A DNA stretch of 64,000 nucleotides, from assembly GCA_963668675.2 (NCBI GenBank), contig CAXXMB010000002.1:1216001-1280000 (forward strand). The letters run 5' to 3'. Numbering within the stretch: position 1 is the stretch's first letter; each line of letters opens with the position of its first letter. Both the position numbers and the translations under genes were made by a program. Below the pieces are notes generated by a model that saw only the letters and a program-made list of their open reading frames with translations, ran no database searches and had not been told where the DNA came from. Below, in pieces: positions 41,393-51,525 of the stretch. This stretch comes from an uncultured Desulfatitalea sp. Lineage in GTDB: Bacteria > Desulfobacterota > Desulfobacteria > Desulfobacterales > Desulfosarcinaceae.

Positions 41393-42565
41393 TTGACGAT
41401 CGATACTTCACATAAAGTCTCCTTCTGGTATGATGCGGGCAAGCGGTCATTGCTTTACCAGGTAGTGACCCTTTGCCTGTTTGCACTTCTGAGCTACTAT
41501 CTGGTTTCCAACACGCTGGCGAACCTGGAGCGCCAGTCCATCGCCACCGGTTTCGGATTTATCGATAAGGAAGCATCGTTTGAAATCGGCGAGAAGCTGA
41601 TACCCTACTCCGCCGCAGATACCTATGGCCGCGCCCTGGTGGTGGGGGCCTTGAACACCCTGCTGGTTTCCTCGATCGGCATTACCCTGACCGTTGTGTT
41701 CGGCACGCTGATCGGGGTGGCACGCCTGTCATCCAACTGGCTCATCTCGCGGATTGCGGCCATCTATATCGAGGTGTTTCAGGATATCCCCATTCTGTTA
41801 CAGCTCTTTTTCTGGTATGCCCTTTTCTACGAAATGCTCCCTTCGCCGCGTCAGGCGCTCAATCCCCTTGAGGGGGTATTCCTATGCAACCGAGGGTTGA
41901 TCTTTGCCGTACCTGCCGATCATCCGGCCTACGCCTATGCGGGTCTGGCTTTCGTGGTGGCGGTTATCATCTTTATTTTGCTTCGAAAGTGGGCCAAAAA
42001 GCGTCAAGAGCAGACCGGAAGCCATTTCCCTGTGTTCAAAGCCGGTGGGGGCATCCTGATTGGACTGCCGCTGCTCGCATGGCTGTTCGCAGGCGCGCCC
42101 ACGCAAATGAGCGTACCGGTTCTCCAGGGGTTCAACTTTCAGGGAGGGATGAGCGTCAGTCCTGAATTTACAGCACTTTTGCTGGGACTGGTGCTCTACA
42201 CAGCCGCCTTTGTGGCCGAGGTCGTGCGTGCCGGCATTCAATCCGTCAGCAAGGGGCAGACCGAAGCGGCCATGGCCATCGGTCTTCGGCCGGGGCAGGT
42301 CCTCAACCTGGTTATTTTGCCGCAGGCCCTCAGAGTGATCATCCCGCCGTTGACCAGTCAAATGCTCAATCTGACCAAAAACAGCTCCCTTGCTGTGGCC
42401 ATCGGCTATCCCGACTTCGTCTCTGTGGCCGGCACCACCATCAATCAGACGGGACAGGCGATTGAAGGGGTCATGCTGATCATGGCGGTTTACCTGATCA
42501 TCAGTTTGTCTACATCCGCTTTTATGAACTGGTACAATAAGAAGATGAAACTCGTGGAAAGGTAA
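41393..42565 (+). CDS. aapQ: Amino acid ABC transporter permease
   Basis: GFNFQGG, AEVVRAGIQSVSKGQTEAA, KNSSLAVAIGYPD. Confidence 0.9.
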   Translation: MTIDTSHKVSFWYDAGKRSLLYQVVTLCLFALLSYYLVSNTLANLERQSIATGFGFIDKEASFEIGEKLIPYSAADTYGRALVVGALNTLLVSSIGITLTVVFGTLIGVARLSSNWLISRIAAIYIEVFQDIPILLQLFFWYALFYEMLPSPRQALNPLEGVFLCNRGLIFAVPADHPAYAYAGLAFVVAVIIFILLRKWAKKRQEQTGSHFPVFKAGGGILIGLPLLAWLFAGAPTQMSVPVLQGFNFQGGMSVSPEFTALLLGLVLYTAAFVAEVVRAGIQSVSKGQTEAAMAIGLRPGQVLNLVILPQALRVIIPPLTSQMLNLTKNSSLAVAIGYPDFVSVAGTTINQTGQAIEGVMLIMAVYLIISLSTSAFMNWYNKKMKLVER

Positions 42566-42674
42566 AGAAAGATATCAGCAGTTTAATACCGAATTGGGAG
42601 CAGACCCCTTTTCTGTGTTTCAAAGTGAAGGTATAGTGTCGATTCTACTTTTTTGGTTTTGGAACAGGTAAATA

Positions 42675-43775
42675 ATGCCGGACCCTGCAACCATTGATAG
42701 CACTGTAAAATCCGAGGTGAAACCACCACTGGCCAGCGTGGGGATTCTGGGGTGGATTCGGGGTAACCTGTTCAGCAACTGGTACAACTCCCTGCTCACC
42801 ATTGTGGCCCTGATTATCTTGTGGAACACTCTAATTCCGTTCATTAAGTGGGCGCTTATTGACAGTCTGTGGTTTTCCACCGGTAAGGAGTGCCAGGCCG
42901 GAGAAGGCGCCTGTTGGTCAGTGATCACGGCCAACATCCGTTTCGTCATTTTCGGATTTTACCCCTATGAGTTGCAGTGGCGCCCCGGACTGGCCATCGT
43001 CTTGCTGGTGACACTGCTGATCATCAGTCAGTATCGCCTGTTCTGGCGCAAATCGCTGGCGTATTCCTGGATTGTCGGGCTGGTGGTCATGGGCGTCCTG
43101 CTAAAAGGCGGCATCTTCGGCCTGGAATCTGTCGAAAGCACCAAGTGGGGAGGATTTCCGTTGACCCTGCTGCTCTCGGTTTTCGGCCTGACCGCTGCTT
43201 ACCCGCTGGGGATCGCCCTTGCACTGGGGCGGCAATCCAGAATGCCGGCCATCAAGTCTCTCTGCGTGGTCTATATCGAGTTGATTCGCGGCGTACCACT
43301 GATCAGTCTTCTGTTCATGTCGTCGGTGGTCTTTCCGCTCTTCATGCCTGAAGGGGTAACCTTCAACAGCATTTTACGGGCTCAGTTGGCGATCATTCTG
43401 TTTACCGCCGCCTATATCGCCGAGGTTGTGCGTGGCGGGCTGCAAGGCATGAGCAAAGGGCAGTATGAGGCAGCCGAGTCCCTGGGGCTCAACTACTTTC
43501 AGACCATGCGCCTGGTCATTCTGCCCCAGGCGCTTAAAATCGTGATACCGCCTACGGTGAGCATCCTCATTTCAGCCTTTAAGGACACCTCCCTTGTGGT
43601 GATCATCGCACTCTACGATCTGTTGAAAACCACCCAGAGCACATTGCAAGACCCCCGCTGGATGGGATTTTCGGCCGAAGCTTACATATTCGTCGCCATC
43701 ATCTATTTTATCTGCTGTTTTTATTTGAGCAATTTCAGCAGAAAAATAGAACGGGAACTGGATACGGGAAGATAG
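42675..43775 (+). CDS. aapM: Amino acid ABC transporter permease
   Basis: WIRGNLFS, GACW, RGVPLI, GQYEAA, FKDTSL. Confidence 0.9.
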   Translation: MPDPATIDSTVKSEVKPPLASVGILGWIRGNLFSNWYNSLLTIVALIILWNTLIPFIKWALIDSLWFSTGKECQAGEGACWSVITANIRFVIFGFYPYELQWRPGLAIVLLVTLLIISQYRLFWRKSLAYSWIVGLVVMGVLLKGGIFGLESVESTKWGGFPLTLLLSVFGLTAAYPLGIALALGRQSRMPAIKSLCVVYIELIRGVPLISLLFMSSVVFPLFMPEGVTFNSILRAQLAIILFTAAYIAEVVRGGLQGMSKGQYEAAESLGLNYFQTMRLVILPQALKIVIPPTVSILISAFKDTSLVVIIALYDLLKTTQSTLQDPRWMGFSAEAYIFVAIIYFICCFYLSNFSRKIERELDTGR

Positions 43776-43928
43776 GGCAAGTTTAAATATGAAATAGGAA
43801 GTATTCCCTGGATTAAAACTTTACACTTTAAACTGAGGTCTTGCAGAAGTCGGCAAGCCCTTGTCTAATTCATTGCTTTAATTTGGTAGATAGACCCGAT
43901 GCTTAAATCTTTAACCACAGGAAAAACT

Positions 43929-44693
43929 ATGCCAGCCCCAGCCACGGATATAGCCAACAACGACGCCATCATCGAAATTAGAAACATGCACAAGTGGTAT
44001 GGAGACTTCCACGTGCTGCAGGATATCAATCTAGATGTCAGGCGCAAGGAGCGAATCGTTATCTGCGGCCCTTCAGGATCAGGCAAATCCACCCTGATCC
44101 GTTGTATCAACCGCCTGGAAGAACATCAGCGCGGCAAAATTATTGTGGACGGTATAGAACTGACCAACGATCTGAAGAATATCGAGAAGATTCGTGCGGA
44201 AGTGGGCATGGTCTTCCAGCATTTCAACCTCTTCCCCCACCTGACCATCCTGGAAAACCTGACCCTTGGCCCCATATGGGTGCGCAAGACACCCAAGAGA
44301 GAGGCAGAGGAGGCGGCCATGCACTATCTTCAAAAGGTCCAGATCGCCGAGCAGGCCAAGAAGTATCCCGGACAGCTCTCCGGCGGTCAGCAGCAGCGTG
44401 TGGCCATCGCCCGCAGCTTGTGCATGGCTCCCAATGTCATGCTGTTTGACGAACCTACGTCGGCGCTGGACCCCGAGATGATCAAAGAGGTCTTGGACGT
44501 CATGATCGAGCTGGCCCGGGAAGGGATGACCATGCTCGTGGTCACCCATGAAATGGGCTTTGCAAAGAGTGTGGCCCACCGGGTTCTCTTTATGGATGAT
44601 GGCCAGATCGTGGAAGAGAACTCGCCCACTGAGTTTTTCGACAAACCCCAAAATGATCGTACAAAGCTGTTCCTCAGTCAAATACTTCACTGA
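43929..44693 (+). CDS. aapP: Amino acid ABC transporter ATP-binding protein
   Basis: [28 protein letters not shown]. Confidence 0.92.
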   Translation: MPAPATDIANNDAIIEIRNMHKWYGDFHVLQDINLDVRRKERIVICGPSGSGKSTLIRCINRLEEHQRGKIIVDGIELTNDLKNIEKIRAEVGMVFQHFNLFPHLTILENLTLGPIWVRKTPKREAEEAAMHYLQKVQIAEQAKKYPGQLSGGQQQRVAIARSLCMAPNVMLFDEPTSALDPEMIKEVLDVMIELAREGMTMLVVTHEMGFAKSVAHRVLFMDDGQIVEENSPTEFFDKPQNDRTKLFLSQILH

Positions 44694-44837
44694 GCTGAAA
44701 AAGTCGGAGGACGCCAGATCCGGTTTTGCCAATGGTTCGCAGCAGATTCACTGCGGCTTCACCCTCGGCGCCCGGCTCCGAAACTCTCCTGCTTTTTCAG
44801 CGGATTTGTTCAATGGTCGACTTAAAGGGAAAAATCT

Positions 44838-45779
44838 TTGATCTACACAAAATTACTCTTCACTGCTCTTTTTTGGGGAGGCACTTTTATTGCCGGAAGG
44901 GCAATCGCGGGAAGCGTCCATCCGGTGAATGCGGCATTTGTCCGATTTACCGTTGCCTCTGTCTGCCTGCTGATGGTTGTACTCAAAACCGAGGGCCGAC
45001 TGCCCATGCTGCGGAAAAAACAAATCATCTCTATTCTGATGCTCGGTCTGACGGGTGTGTTTGCCTACAATATACTCTTTTTTTCAGGACTCAGGCACAT
45101 CGAGGCGGGCAGGGCCTCGATCATCATCGCCAACAATCCCATTCTGATCAGCCTTTTGTCGGCAGTTATCTTCAAGGAGGCATTCAACTGGATTAAAGCC
45201 GCTGGTATATGCCTCTCTGTGACAGGTGCCATGGTGGTCATAACCAACGGGCAACTTGCGGACACAGCCAGCTACAGCCTCGGTGTCGGCGAATTGCTGA
45301 TTTTCGGATGCGTTCTGAGTTGGGTCGCCTACTCTCTCATCGGCAAAGCGGCCATGGCAAGCCTGTCCCCCCTGATCTGCGTGGCCTACTCGGCTGTGGC
45401 GGGTTCGGCGCTGCTTCTTTTGCCGGCGCTGCATTTCGGCCTGTTCACCGAGGTCACGGCCTATACCTTGACCGATTGGACCAGTCTCATCTACCTGGGC
45501 GTTTTTGGAACGGTGCTCGGCTTTTTCTGGTATTATCAAGGTATCGAGAGAATTGGACCGATGCGGGCGAGCGTGTTCATCAACTTCGTTCCGATCAGTG
45601 CCATCATCCTCTCATTTTTCATTTTGCATGAGCCACTGCGCCTGTCGCTTTTGGCGGGAGGAGGCATGGTCATTGTCGGCGTCTACTTCACTAACGCATC
45701 CCAGATGGTTGCCGGTCTATGGGTAAGGGCCCTGCGGGGTAAGCAGGGGACATGCAAAAGAGGCGGGATCAAACCTTGA
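44838..45779 (+). CDS. EamA/DMT family transporter
   Basis: LFWGGTF, about 10 TMs in two EamA-like repeats. Confidence 0.9.
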   Translation: MIYTKLLFTALFWGGTFIAGRAIAGSVHPVNAAFVRFTVASVCLLMVVLKTEGRLPMLRKKQIISILMLGLTGVFAYNILFFSGLRHIEAGRASIIIANNPILISLLSAVIFKEAFNWIKAAGICLSVTGAMVVITNGQLADTASYSLGVGELLIFGCVLSWVAYSLIGKAAMASLSPLICVAYSAVAGSALLLLPALHFGLFTEVTAYTLTDWTSLIYLGVFGTVLGFFWYYQGIERIGPMRASVFINFVPISAIILSFFILHEPLRLSLLAGGGMVIVGVYFTNASQMVAGLWVRALRGKQGTCKRGGIKP

Positions 45780-45924
45780 TTCGTAAATCTGTATCGTTTA
45801 CCACTTACTATTCACAATTCCGGGATCAACCCCATTTTCATTTTCTTATCTCAAAGGGCATAAAGACAAACATAAAGCTTTCTTCCGCACGGGCGCAGCG
45901 AAGCTGAGGACATCAAACACGGAA

Positions 45925-45985
45925 CCGGAACGCTCTAGCTCACAGACGCCAGCTGTTTGGCGTCCTGTGCAGTTGTTGGTTCGGT
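45925..45985 (-). mobile_element. Integron attC site (61 bp) closing cassette 2
   Basis: Minus strand: ACCGAAC-CAACA-ACTGCACA-G-GACGCCA-AACAGC-TGGCGTC-TGTGAGC-TAGAGC-GTTCCGG; R''/L''/L'/R' layout with extrahelical bases. Confidence 0.75.
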
Positions 45986-46123
45986 GCAATCGGTTTAATT
46001 CTATTGCCGATGTTGTTTACCTTAACAATTTTGCCAAGATTGCAGACTTGATACCACGTTGCCCTCAATCAACATATCAATACGCTTATGGCCATCTGAG
46101 TGGGGAAACCCTCGGCTTTCCAA

Positions 46124-46924
46124 TTATGTATTTTCTTTCTTACCATCTTCAGAGTGATCAGGGCAAATTCCAGTGTATTCAGGGTAAAGCGTCTTGGCAC
46201 AATCAGGGCAAATACTATGGCTAAATTCTGCCTCTGAATGGTCTCTGATGTAGCTCTCAATTTGATTCCAGTACCCTTTGTCATCTCTAATCTTTTTACA
46301 GTTGGCACAAATAGGCAGGATGCCTCTTAACGTAATGACTTCTTCTATAGCTTTATTTAGTTCGGATACGAGTTTTTTCATATCCGTTTCTCTCTGTATA
46401 CGTTCTGTTATGTCATAGAAGATGCCTGTCCATAAAACTTCGCCATTTGCGACTGGTTGGGGGAGCGATTCGAAACGAATCCAGAGAATTTCCCCTCCGA
46501 TATACATACGCCCCTCCCACTTAAAGGGGATTATCTTGGCGTTGGCTTCTTCGTTCTTGCGGTTGTATTCTTCTTTATCATCTTTATGAATCAGATCGAG
46601 GACGAGGCCGGGATTGTCTTCAAACGCCTGCCGTTCAATCTTTAATATTTCACAGGCGCGATCGTTGAATAACTCTAAATGAAAAGGAGGGTTATCCGAA
46701 CTGACCCAAGCATTATTTGAGCGCAGCTCTTTAGGGAACACTCGAATTCGATATATCCCTGCAGGTTGGTAGTTGAACATATCCAGATACAATTTACGTT
46801 CAAGTTGAAGTAGTTCCTTGGCCTCCTTGAGCATGGGTACCGAGTGGTCCATTTCCTGCACTCTTTGCTTTAAAAAGGCATTCTCTTCGATCAGGTCTTG
46901 ATTTACTCTGGATGGATCACTCAT
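46124..46924 (-). CDS. PAS-domain protein with C-terminal Cys-rich domain (gene cassette 2)
   Basis: PAS-like LIHKDD...WTGIFYDITER; ILPICANCKKIRDDKGYW...SHSICPDC; AT-rich. Confidence 0.85.
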   Translation of the reverse strand: MSDPSRVNQDLIEENAFLKQRVQEMDHSVPMLKEAKELLQLERKLYLDMFNYQPAGIYRIRVFPKELRSNNAWVSSDNPPFHLELFNDRACEILKIERQAFEDNPGLVLDLIHKDDKEEYNRKNEEANAKIIPFKWEGRMYIGGEILWIRFESLPQPVANGEVLWTGIFYDITERIQRETDMKKLVSELNKAIEEVITLRGILPICANCKKIRDDKGYWNQIESYIRDHSEAEFSHSICPDCAKTLYPEYTGICPDHSEDGKKENT

Positions 46925-47019
46925 TCCTTGCCCCTTTCGCGATAAACAATATCGTCTAAAAGAAAGCAAAGCAAGAGGGTCTGGCCAACACATTTTGTAT
47001 TTTAATAATTAATTTCTAC

Positions 47020-47091
47020 ACCGAACGTTGCCTTCACCGGTGGCAATGTAGCGCAGCGAAATTGCCATCCGAGTGTAAGGCATTGTTAAAT
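47020..47091 (-). mobile_element. Integron attC site (72 bp) closing cassette 1
   Basis: Minus strand: ATTTAAC-AATGC-CTTACACT-CGG-A-TGGCAAT...ATTGCCA-CC-GGTGAAG-GCAAC-GTTCGGT, 10 nt after the gene stop. Confidence 0.85.
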
Positions 47092-47101
47092 GCGCGCCAT
47101 T

Positions 47102-47614
47102 TTAGTCAGTTACATCCTTGCCATCAGCGGTTCGATATCGTCCCCGTTTCCCCGACTCGGTATACTCGTAATGGTATAGCTCTTTTCCATTAACTATTTC
47201 CCATTCCGTCATAACCGCTCCACTTTCAAAATAATAAAATCCCTTACCTGTAGGATTCCCATTTTTATAGTTCGCTTGGGATTTTATCCTACCACTTTCA
47301 TATAGGCTTATTGCAGGTCCATTACGCTCGCTATTTTCATAGAACATGATATTCTTGGCTTTCCCACTCGGATAATTTTCAATGACCATGCCGTCTGGAA
47401 TTTTACCTTCTGAAAAAATTACATCTCCATTTTTATAAGATCTTTTGGCAACTATTTTATCCGCGTTTTTAAAGACCAAATGATAAATCATATGGTTCGA
47501 TGACTTATCTTTGATCTTTGAGAAATCGACAGTAATTAATTCAGCACCAGCGGAAATACTGATACAAAGTAGAATAATAAACGAAATCGAAATTGTTTTA
47601 ATTTTCTTAGCCAT
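47102..47614 (-). CDS. Exported protein with MORN-variant (YwqK-like) repeats (gene cassette 1)
   Basis: Signal peptide MAKKIKTISISFIILLCISISAGA; repeats NYPSGK, LYESGR, YFESGA; AT-rich. Confidence 0.8.
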   Translation of the reverse strand: MAKKIKTISISFIILLCISISAGAELITVDFSKIKDKSSNHMIYHLVFKNADKIVAKRSYKNGDVIFSEGKIPDGMVIENYPSGKAKNIMFYENSERNGPAISLYESGRIKSQANYKNGNPTGKGFYYFESGAVMTEWEIVNGKELYHYEYTESGKRGRYRTADGKDVTD

Positions 47615-47619
47615 TTTTA

Positions 47620-47645
47620 CATTTAACATATATTAGTTGTCATGA
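47620..47645 (-). mobile_element. attI-like core site at the head of the cassette array
   Basis: Minus strand ...GACAACTAATATAT-GTTAAATG; the core is the exact complement of the CATTTAAC that ends cassette 1; no attC hairpin upstream. Confidence 0.55.
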
Positions 47646-48225
47646 CAGTTTTTGATAAATCCTTTGCGATCCATCAAAATCAACCATATCCGAGTACCGT
47701 AAAGCATTTTTAGAAAAAAAGATCTAAATCAAACTTAACATACAGTAATAATGGAATAAATTCATTCCGCTGTGTGACATATCTGTTTCTGGACCGGGAT
47801 GGGCCATTTCTTCCAAATGAAATAAAATCGTAAATATCCATGTATAGTCGACCGATAGAATAATTAGCTTTGAAATTATTAACCAAAACTGACAAATTCC
47901 GACAATCGATATGGGCTTTGAGCGCAACTTATTGCATGGCGGCAATGCGCATTAAATTACAGCCATATGCGTCTGTCAATATGATCACCCAATAGATTCA
48001 CCGGTGCCAAAAACATTCAGGCCTCCGAACCTTTGACGCCGTTGCCAAAATGTATGGGCGCTAAGGCGATCTGGGCGCATACAAGCATCAGTTGCATATT
48101 GATTTTGCCGATTAAGTACCGAGCTGCCTGCACTCCGCGTTGCACCTGCATTCCGTATTGGGCTATTTCTGATCGTTTGTATGACATGTCGAGATATCAC
48201 GCTTCAAAACAAACCGGCAAAGCGA

Positions 48226-51200
48226 TCACTCTTCCTTTGCCAAAGAGACTTTCCGTCCATTCCTCTTTCTCAGCAGTTTGAACTTCCTTCGCCTTATGCG
48301 GCTTCGCAGTTGGCCGAGCAGTTCATAGTTGGCCGGCGTAATCAACAGGGCCAGAATGGTGGCACTGCATAGTCCGGTGACGAAGGCGGTGGCCATAGGC
48401 GCCCAGGAGATCGATTTGGAAGGAATGCCGATGGCCATGGGAAGAAGACCCAGCAGTGTGGTGACCGTTGTGATCAGAACCGGCCGCATGCGCGCGGCGC
48501 ACGATTCGAGGATCGCCTGGCGCAGATCCAGGCCTGCGCGAATGCGCTTGTTCATGAAATCGATGAGTAGAATGGTATTGTTCACGGCCACACCCGACAG
48601 GCCGATGGTGGCGATAAAGCTGCCCACGGTAAAAAGGGTTCGGGTGAAGAAAATACCATAAGCCACGCCGATGATGGCAAAGGGGACGGCGGTGAGGATC
48701 ATCAGCGGCTGAAGATAGTCCCTGAATTGTGAGGCCAGCACCATGTAGATGCCCATCACTGCAATGCTGAAAGCGATGGCCAGGGAGATGTAGGATTTTG
48801 TGGTCGACTCGAACTCGCCGCCGAAGGAGATGGAGACGCCGGGAAGACGGCTCGAGATGGTACTGAAATGGTCCTGTACCCGCTTCTGCACCACGGCGGC
48901 AGAGAGGTTGGAACCGGGTTTGATGTCCGCGCTGATGGTGATGGTCGGCTTTCCCTGGTAGCGGGAGCGCACATTGGGCTCCTCGACGAAACGGGCGGTC
49001 ACCAGATCGCGCAGATAGATGGGCGAGGCACTGTCTTCGATGACCGGCACGGCAAGTATGTCCAGCGGCGTTTTCAAACCGGCCGCATCGCCGATAAGGT
49101 CGTCGGCACGCGCCATGCGGACGATCAGATCCACCTCTTCATCCGCTGCCCTGAAGGGCCCTGCCGGCCGACCGTTGAGGACACCGGCCACGATGGCGGT
49201 GATCTGGGCCGCCGACAGGTTGTACTGATACACCGCCTCTTGACGCGGCTCGAACTTCACCGTGCGATAGCGCACCGGGCGATTGTCCCCCAGATCCACG
49301 AGATCAGCCAGATTGTCATCCTGTCGCATGTAGGAGAGAAGTAAAGTGCTGGCCGATATGGCCGCCGCGTTGGTCGGCGCCTGAACGCGGACGTTGACCG
49401 GCTTGCCGGTGGGCGGACCGTCGCCCTCTTCAAACACCTGCACCTGTGGATGGGCCGGATCGTCGGCGTAGGTTTGCTTCACAAACGCACGGATATGCGC
49501 CCTCATGTAACTCAGATGCTGCATGGGGTCGTTGGCGGGGTTGTCCGGAAAGTTGCGCTCCCGCTTCTCCGGCAGGGTGACCACCACTTGGCCGTAGTTG
49601 GGGCCGTAGTGGCGCACGTAGTCCTGATCTTCATAAAAGCCGGTATAGCCGGCTGTGGATTGGGCCTGTCTGGCGCCCAGGGACATGATGTATTGCGAAA
49701 CAGTGCTGATGATGGCATCGGTGCGTTCGATGGAGGTGCCGGCCGCCGTCTGCAGGGTCACATGGTACCGGAAATAGTTACCCGGGAAGAACTTCACCTT
49801 GATCAGCGGTGCGATGCCCAGCATGGAGAGCAGCAAGAGGGCCAGCGCCGAAACAAAGGCCGCATTGATAGCGACAAATGCGATCCTTTTGTGATCGAGC
49901 ACCCAGATCACCGCTCGACGGTAGATGCGCCAGACATATCCGAAAGGGCCATGCTGCAGGTGGGCAAAGGGCGCCTCCTCATCTTCGCCCACCAAGAGCG
50001 CATCGGCGTTCTTGGGCCCCCAATCGAAGACGTGGATCGGAAGGATGAAGAGCGCTTCGAGCAGGGAGGCGATGAGCGCGTAGCAGACCGTCTTGGGGAT
50101 GATCGAGAAGAAATCGCCGGTGCTGCCGGTCATGATCAGCATGGGGATGAAGGCCAGGGCGGTGGTCATGGCCGAGCTAACCACGGGCAGCATCACTTCG
50201 GATGTCCCGTCGATGATCGCCTGGCGTCGCGACTTGCCCATCTGCATGTGGCGGAAGGTGTTCTCCACGATAATCACCGCATCGTCCACGATGATGCCGG
50301 TGACCAGTACGAATGAAAAGATGCTGATGGTGTTGATCGTCACGCCGGTCAATTTCATGATGGTGATGGCACACAAAAAAGAGAAGGGAATACCGATGGC
50401 CGTGAGCATGGCGTTGCGAAAGCCGAGAGTGAGCCACAGCACGATGACGACCAGTCCCATGCCCAGAAGCAAATTGCCGCCCAGAATGCGAATCGAATCG
50501 TTGATCTCGATGGTCGAGTCGTTGGTGAAAACGACCTGAAGGCCCTCGTCGGCGTGCTTTTGGCCGAATTGGCGCGCTCGCGCCTTGATCTGCTCGCTGA
50601 TGGCGACGGCGCTGCCCTTCTCCTCCTTTGTCACCACCAGCCGCACGGCTTTATGGCCGTTGACCGAGGGCACGGTGATCGGGTCACGATAGTGCAGACG
50701 GGCGCTGGTCACCAGATCACGGACACGAATGTAGTTGCCGTCGCCGTCGCGTCGCACGATCACATCCAGCACATCCTCCTGACTGCTCAACCGGATCCCG
50801 CTGTCGAGCATATAGGAGGTGTCGCCGGTGCGAAACCGGCCCGATGGGATCTTGGTGCCGGCCGACTCGACCGCCTGGACCACCTGGTTGAACGTTACAC
50901 CATAGCGGCGCAGGCTTTCGGGATTGAGGGAGAGGTGAAATTCGTCATCCGGTTCGCCCTCGATGTTCACGTCCCTCACCGCCGGCACGCTGATCAGGGT
51001 GGCGCGCAGCTCTTCTGCATAGCGCTCGAGGCTTTGCAGCGGAAGTTCTCCGCTGAGATGCACGATAATCACCGGCATCCAGATATTGGTGTCGATCCAG
51101 ATGAAGGAGGGTTCGTCCACACCCCGGGGCAGCTCATCCTTGATGTTAAGCACCCGGAAGCGCAGCTCGTCGTAGAGATTTTCGTAATCGGTGTCGTCTA

Positions 51201-51489
51201 CGAACTTGACCTGCACCGAGGAGAAATTGCGATAGGAGTTGGACTGCACATACTCCACATCCTCCATGCTCTCCAAGGCCTCTTCAATCTCGCGGGTCAC
51301 CAGCTGTTCCACATCGTCGGCCGACGCACCGTAATAAACCGTGTGGATGAATACCTTGCCGATGTCGACAAGGGGAAGATTTTCGGTGGGCGTGGTGAAG
51401 AGGCTGAATAGGCCCGCCACCACCAGAATGACAAACAGCACGTTGATGAAAACGGTCTGTTTCAGGGTATATTTGACGACCTTGGGCAT
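48226..51489 (-). CDS. RND efflux transporter permease (AcrB/AcrD/AcrF family)
   Basis: 1087 aa; GIIVDDAVIIVEN, VNNTILLID, RMRPVLITTVTT. Confidence 0.95.
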   Translation of the reverse strand: MPKVVKYTLKQTVFINVLFVILVVAGLFSLFTTPTENLPLVDIGKVFIHTVYYGASADDVEQLVTREIEEALESMEDVEYVQSNSYRNFSSVQVKFVDDTDYENLYDELRFRVLNIKDELPRGVDEPSFIWIDTNIWMPVIIVHLSGELPLQSLERYAEELRATLISVPAVRDVNIEGEPDDEFHLSLNPESLRRYGVTFNQVVQAVESAGTKIPSGRFRTGDTSYMLDSGIRLSSQEDVLDVIVRRDGDGNYIRVRDLVTSARLHYRDPITVPSVNGHKAVRLVVTKEEKGSAVAISEQIKARARQFGQKHADEGLQVVFTNDSTIEINDSIRILGGNLLLGMGLVVIVLWLTLGFRNAMLTAIGIPFSFLCAITIMKLTGVTINTISIFSFVLVTGIIVDDAVIIVENTFRHMQMGKSRRQAIIDGTSEVMLPVVSSAMTTALAFIPMLIMTGSTGDFFSIIPKTVCYALIASLLEALFILPIHVFDWGPKNADALLVGEDEEAPFAHLQHGPFGYVWRIYRRAVIWVLDHKRIAFVAINAAFVSALALLLLSMLGIAPLIKVKFFPGNYFRYHVTLQTAAGTSIERTDAIISTVSQYIMSLGARQAQSTAGYTGFYEDQDYVRHYGPNYGQVVVTLPEKRERNFPDNPANDPMQHLSYMRAHIRAFVKQTYADDPAHPQVQVFEEGDGPPTGKPVNVRVQAPTNAAAISASTLLLSYMRQDDNLADLVDLGDNRPVRYRTVKFEPRQEAVYQYNLSAAQITAIVAGVLNGRPAGPFRAADEEVDLIVRMARADDLIGDAAGLKTPLDILAVPVIEDSASPIYLRDLVTARFVEEPNVRSRYQGKPTITISADIKPGSNLSAAVVQKRVQDHFSTISSRLPGVSISFGGEFESTTKSYISLAIAFSIAVMGIYMVLASQFRDYLQPLMILTAVPFAIIGVAYGIFFTRTLFTVGSFIATIGLSGVAVNNTILLIDFMNKRIRAGLDLRQAILESCAARMRPVLITTVTTLLGLLPMAIGIPSKSISWAPMATAFVTGLCSATILALLITPANYELLGQLRSRIRRRKFKLLRKRNGRKVSLAKEE

Positions 51490-51525
51490 TGTTTAGGTCA
51501 GCTGTTCTTTCGTCTATTCTTCGGT

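Noticed and set aside
47650..48225. Possible intI remnant beyond the attI-like site
   Set aside because: No tyrosine-recombinase motifs in the listed ORFs; only short, non-protein-like ORFs.
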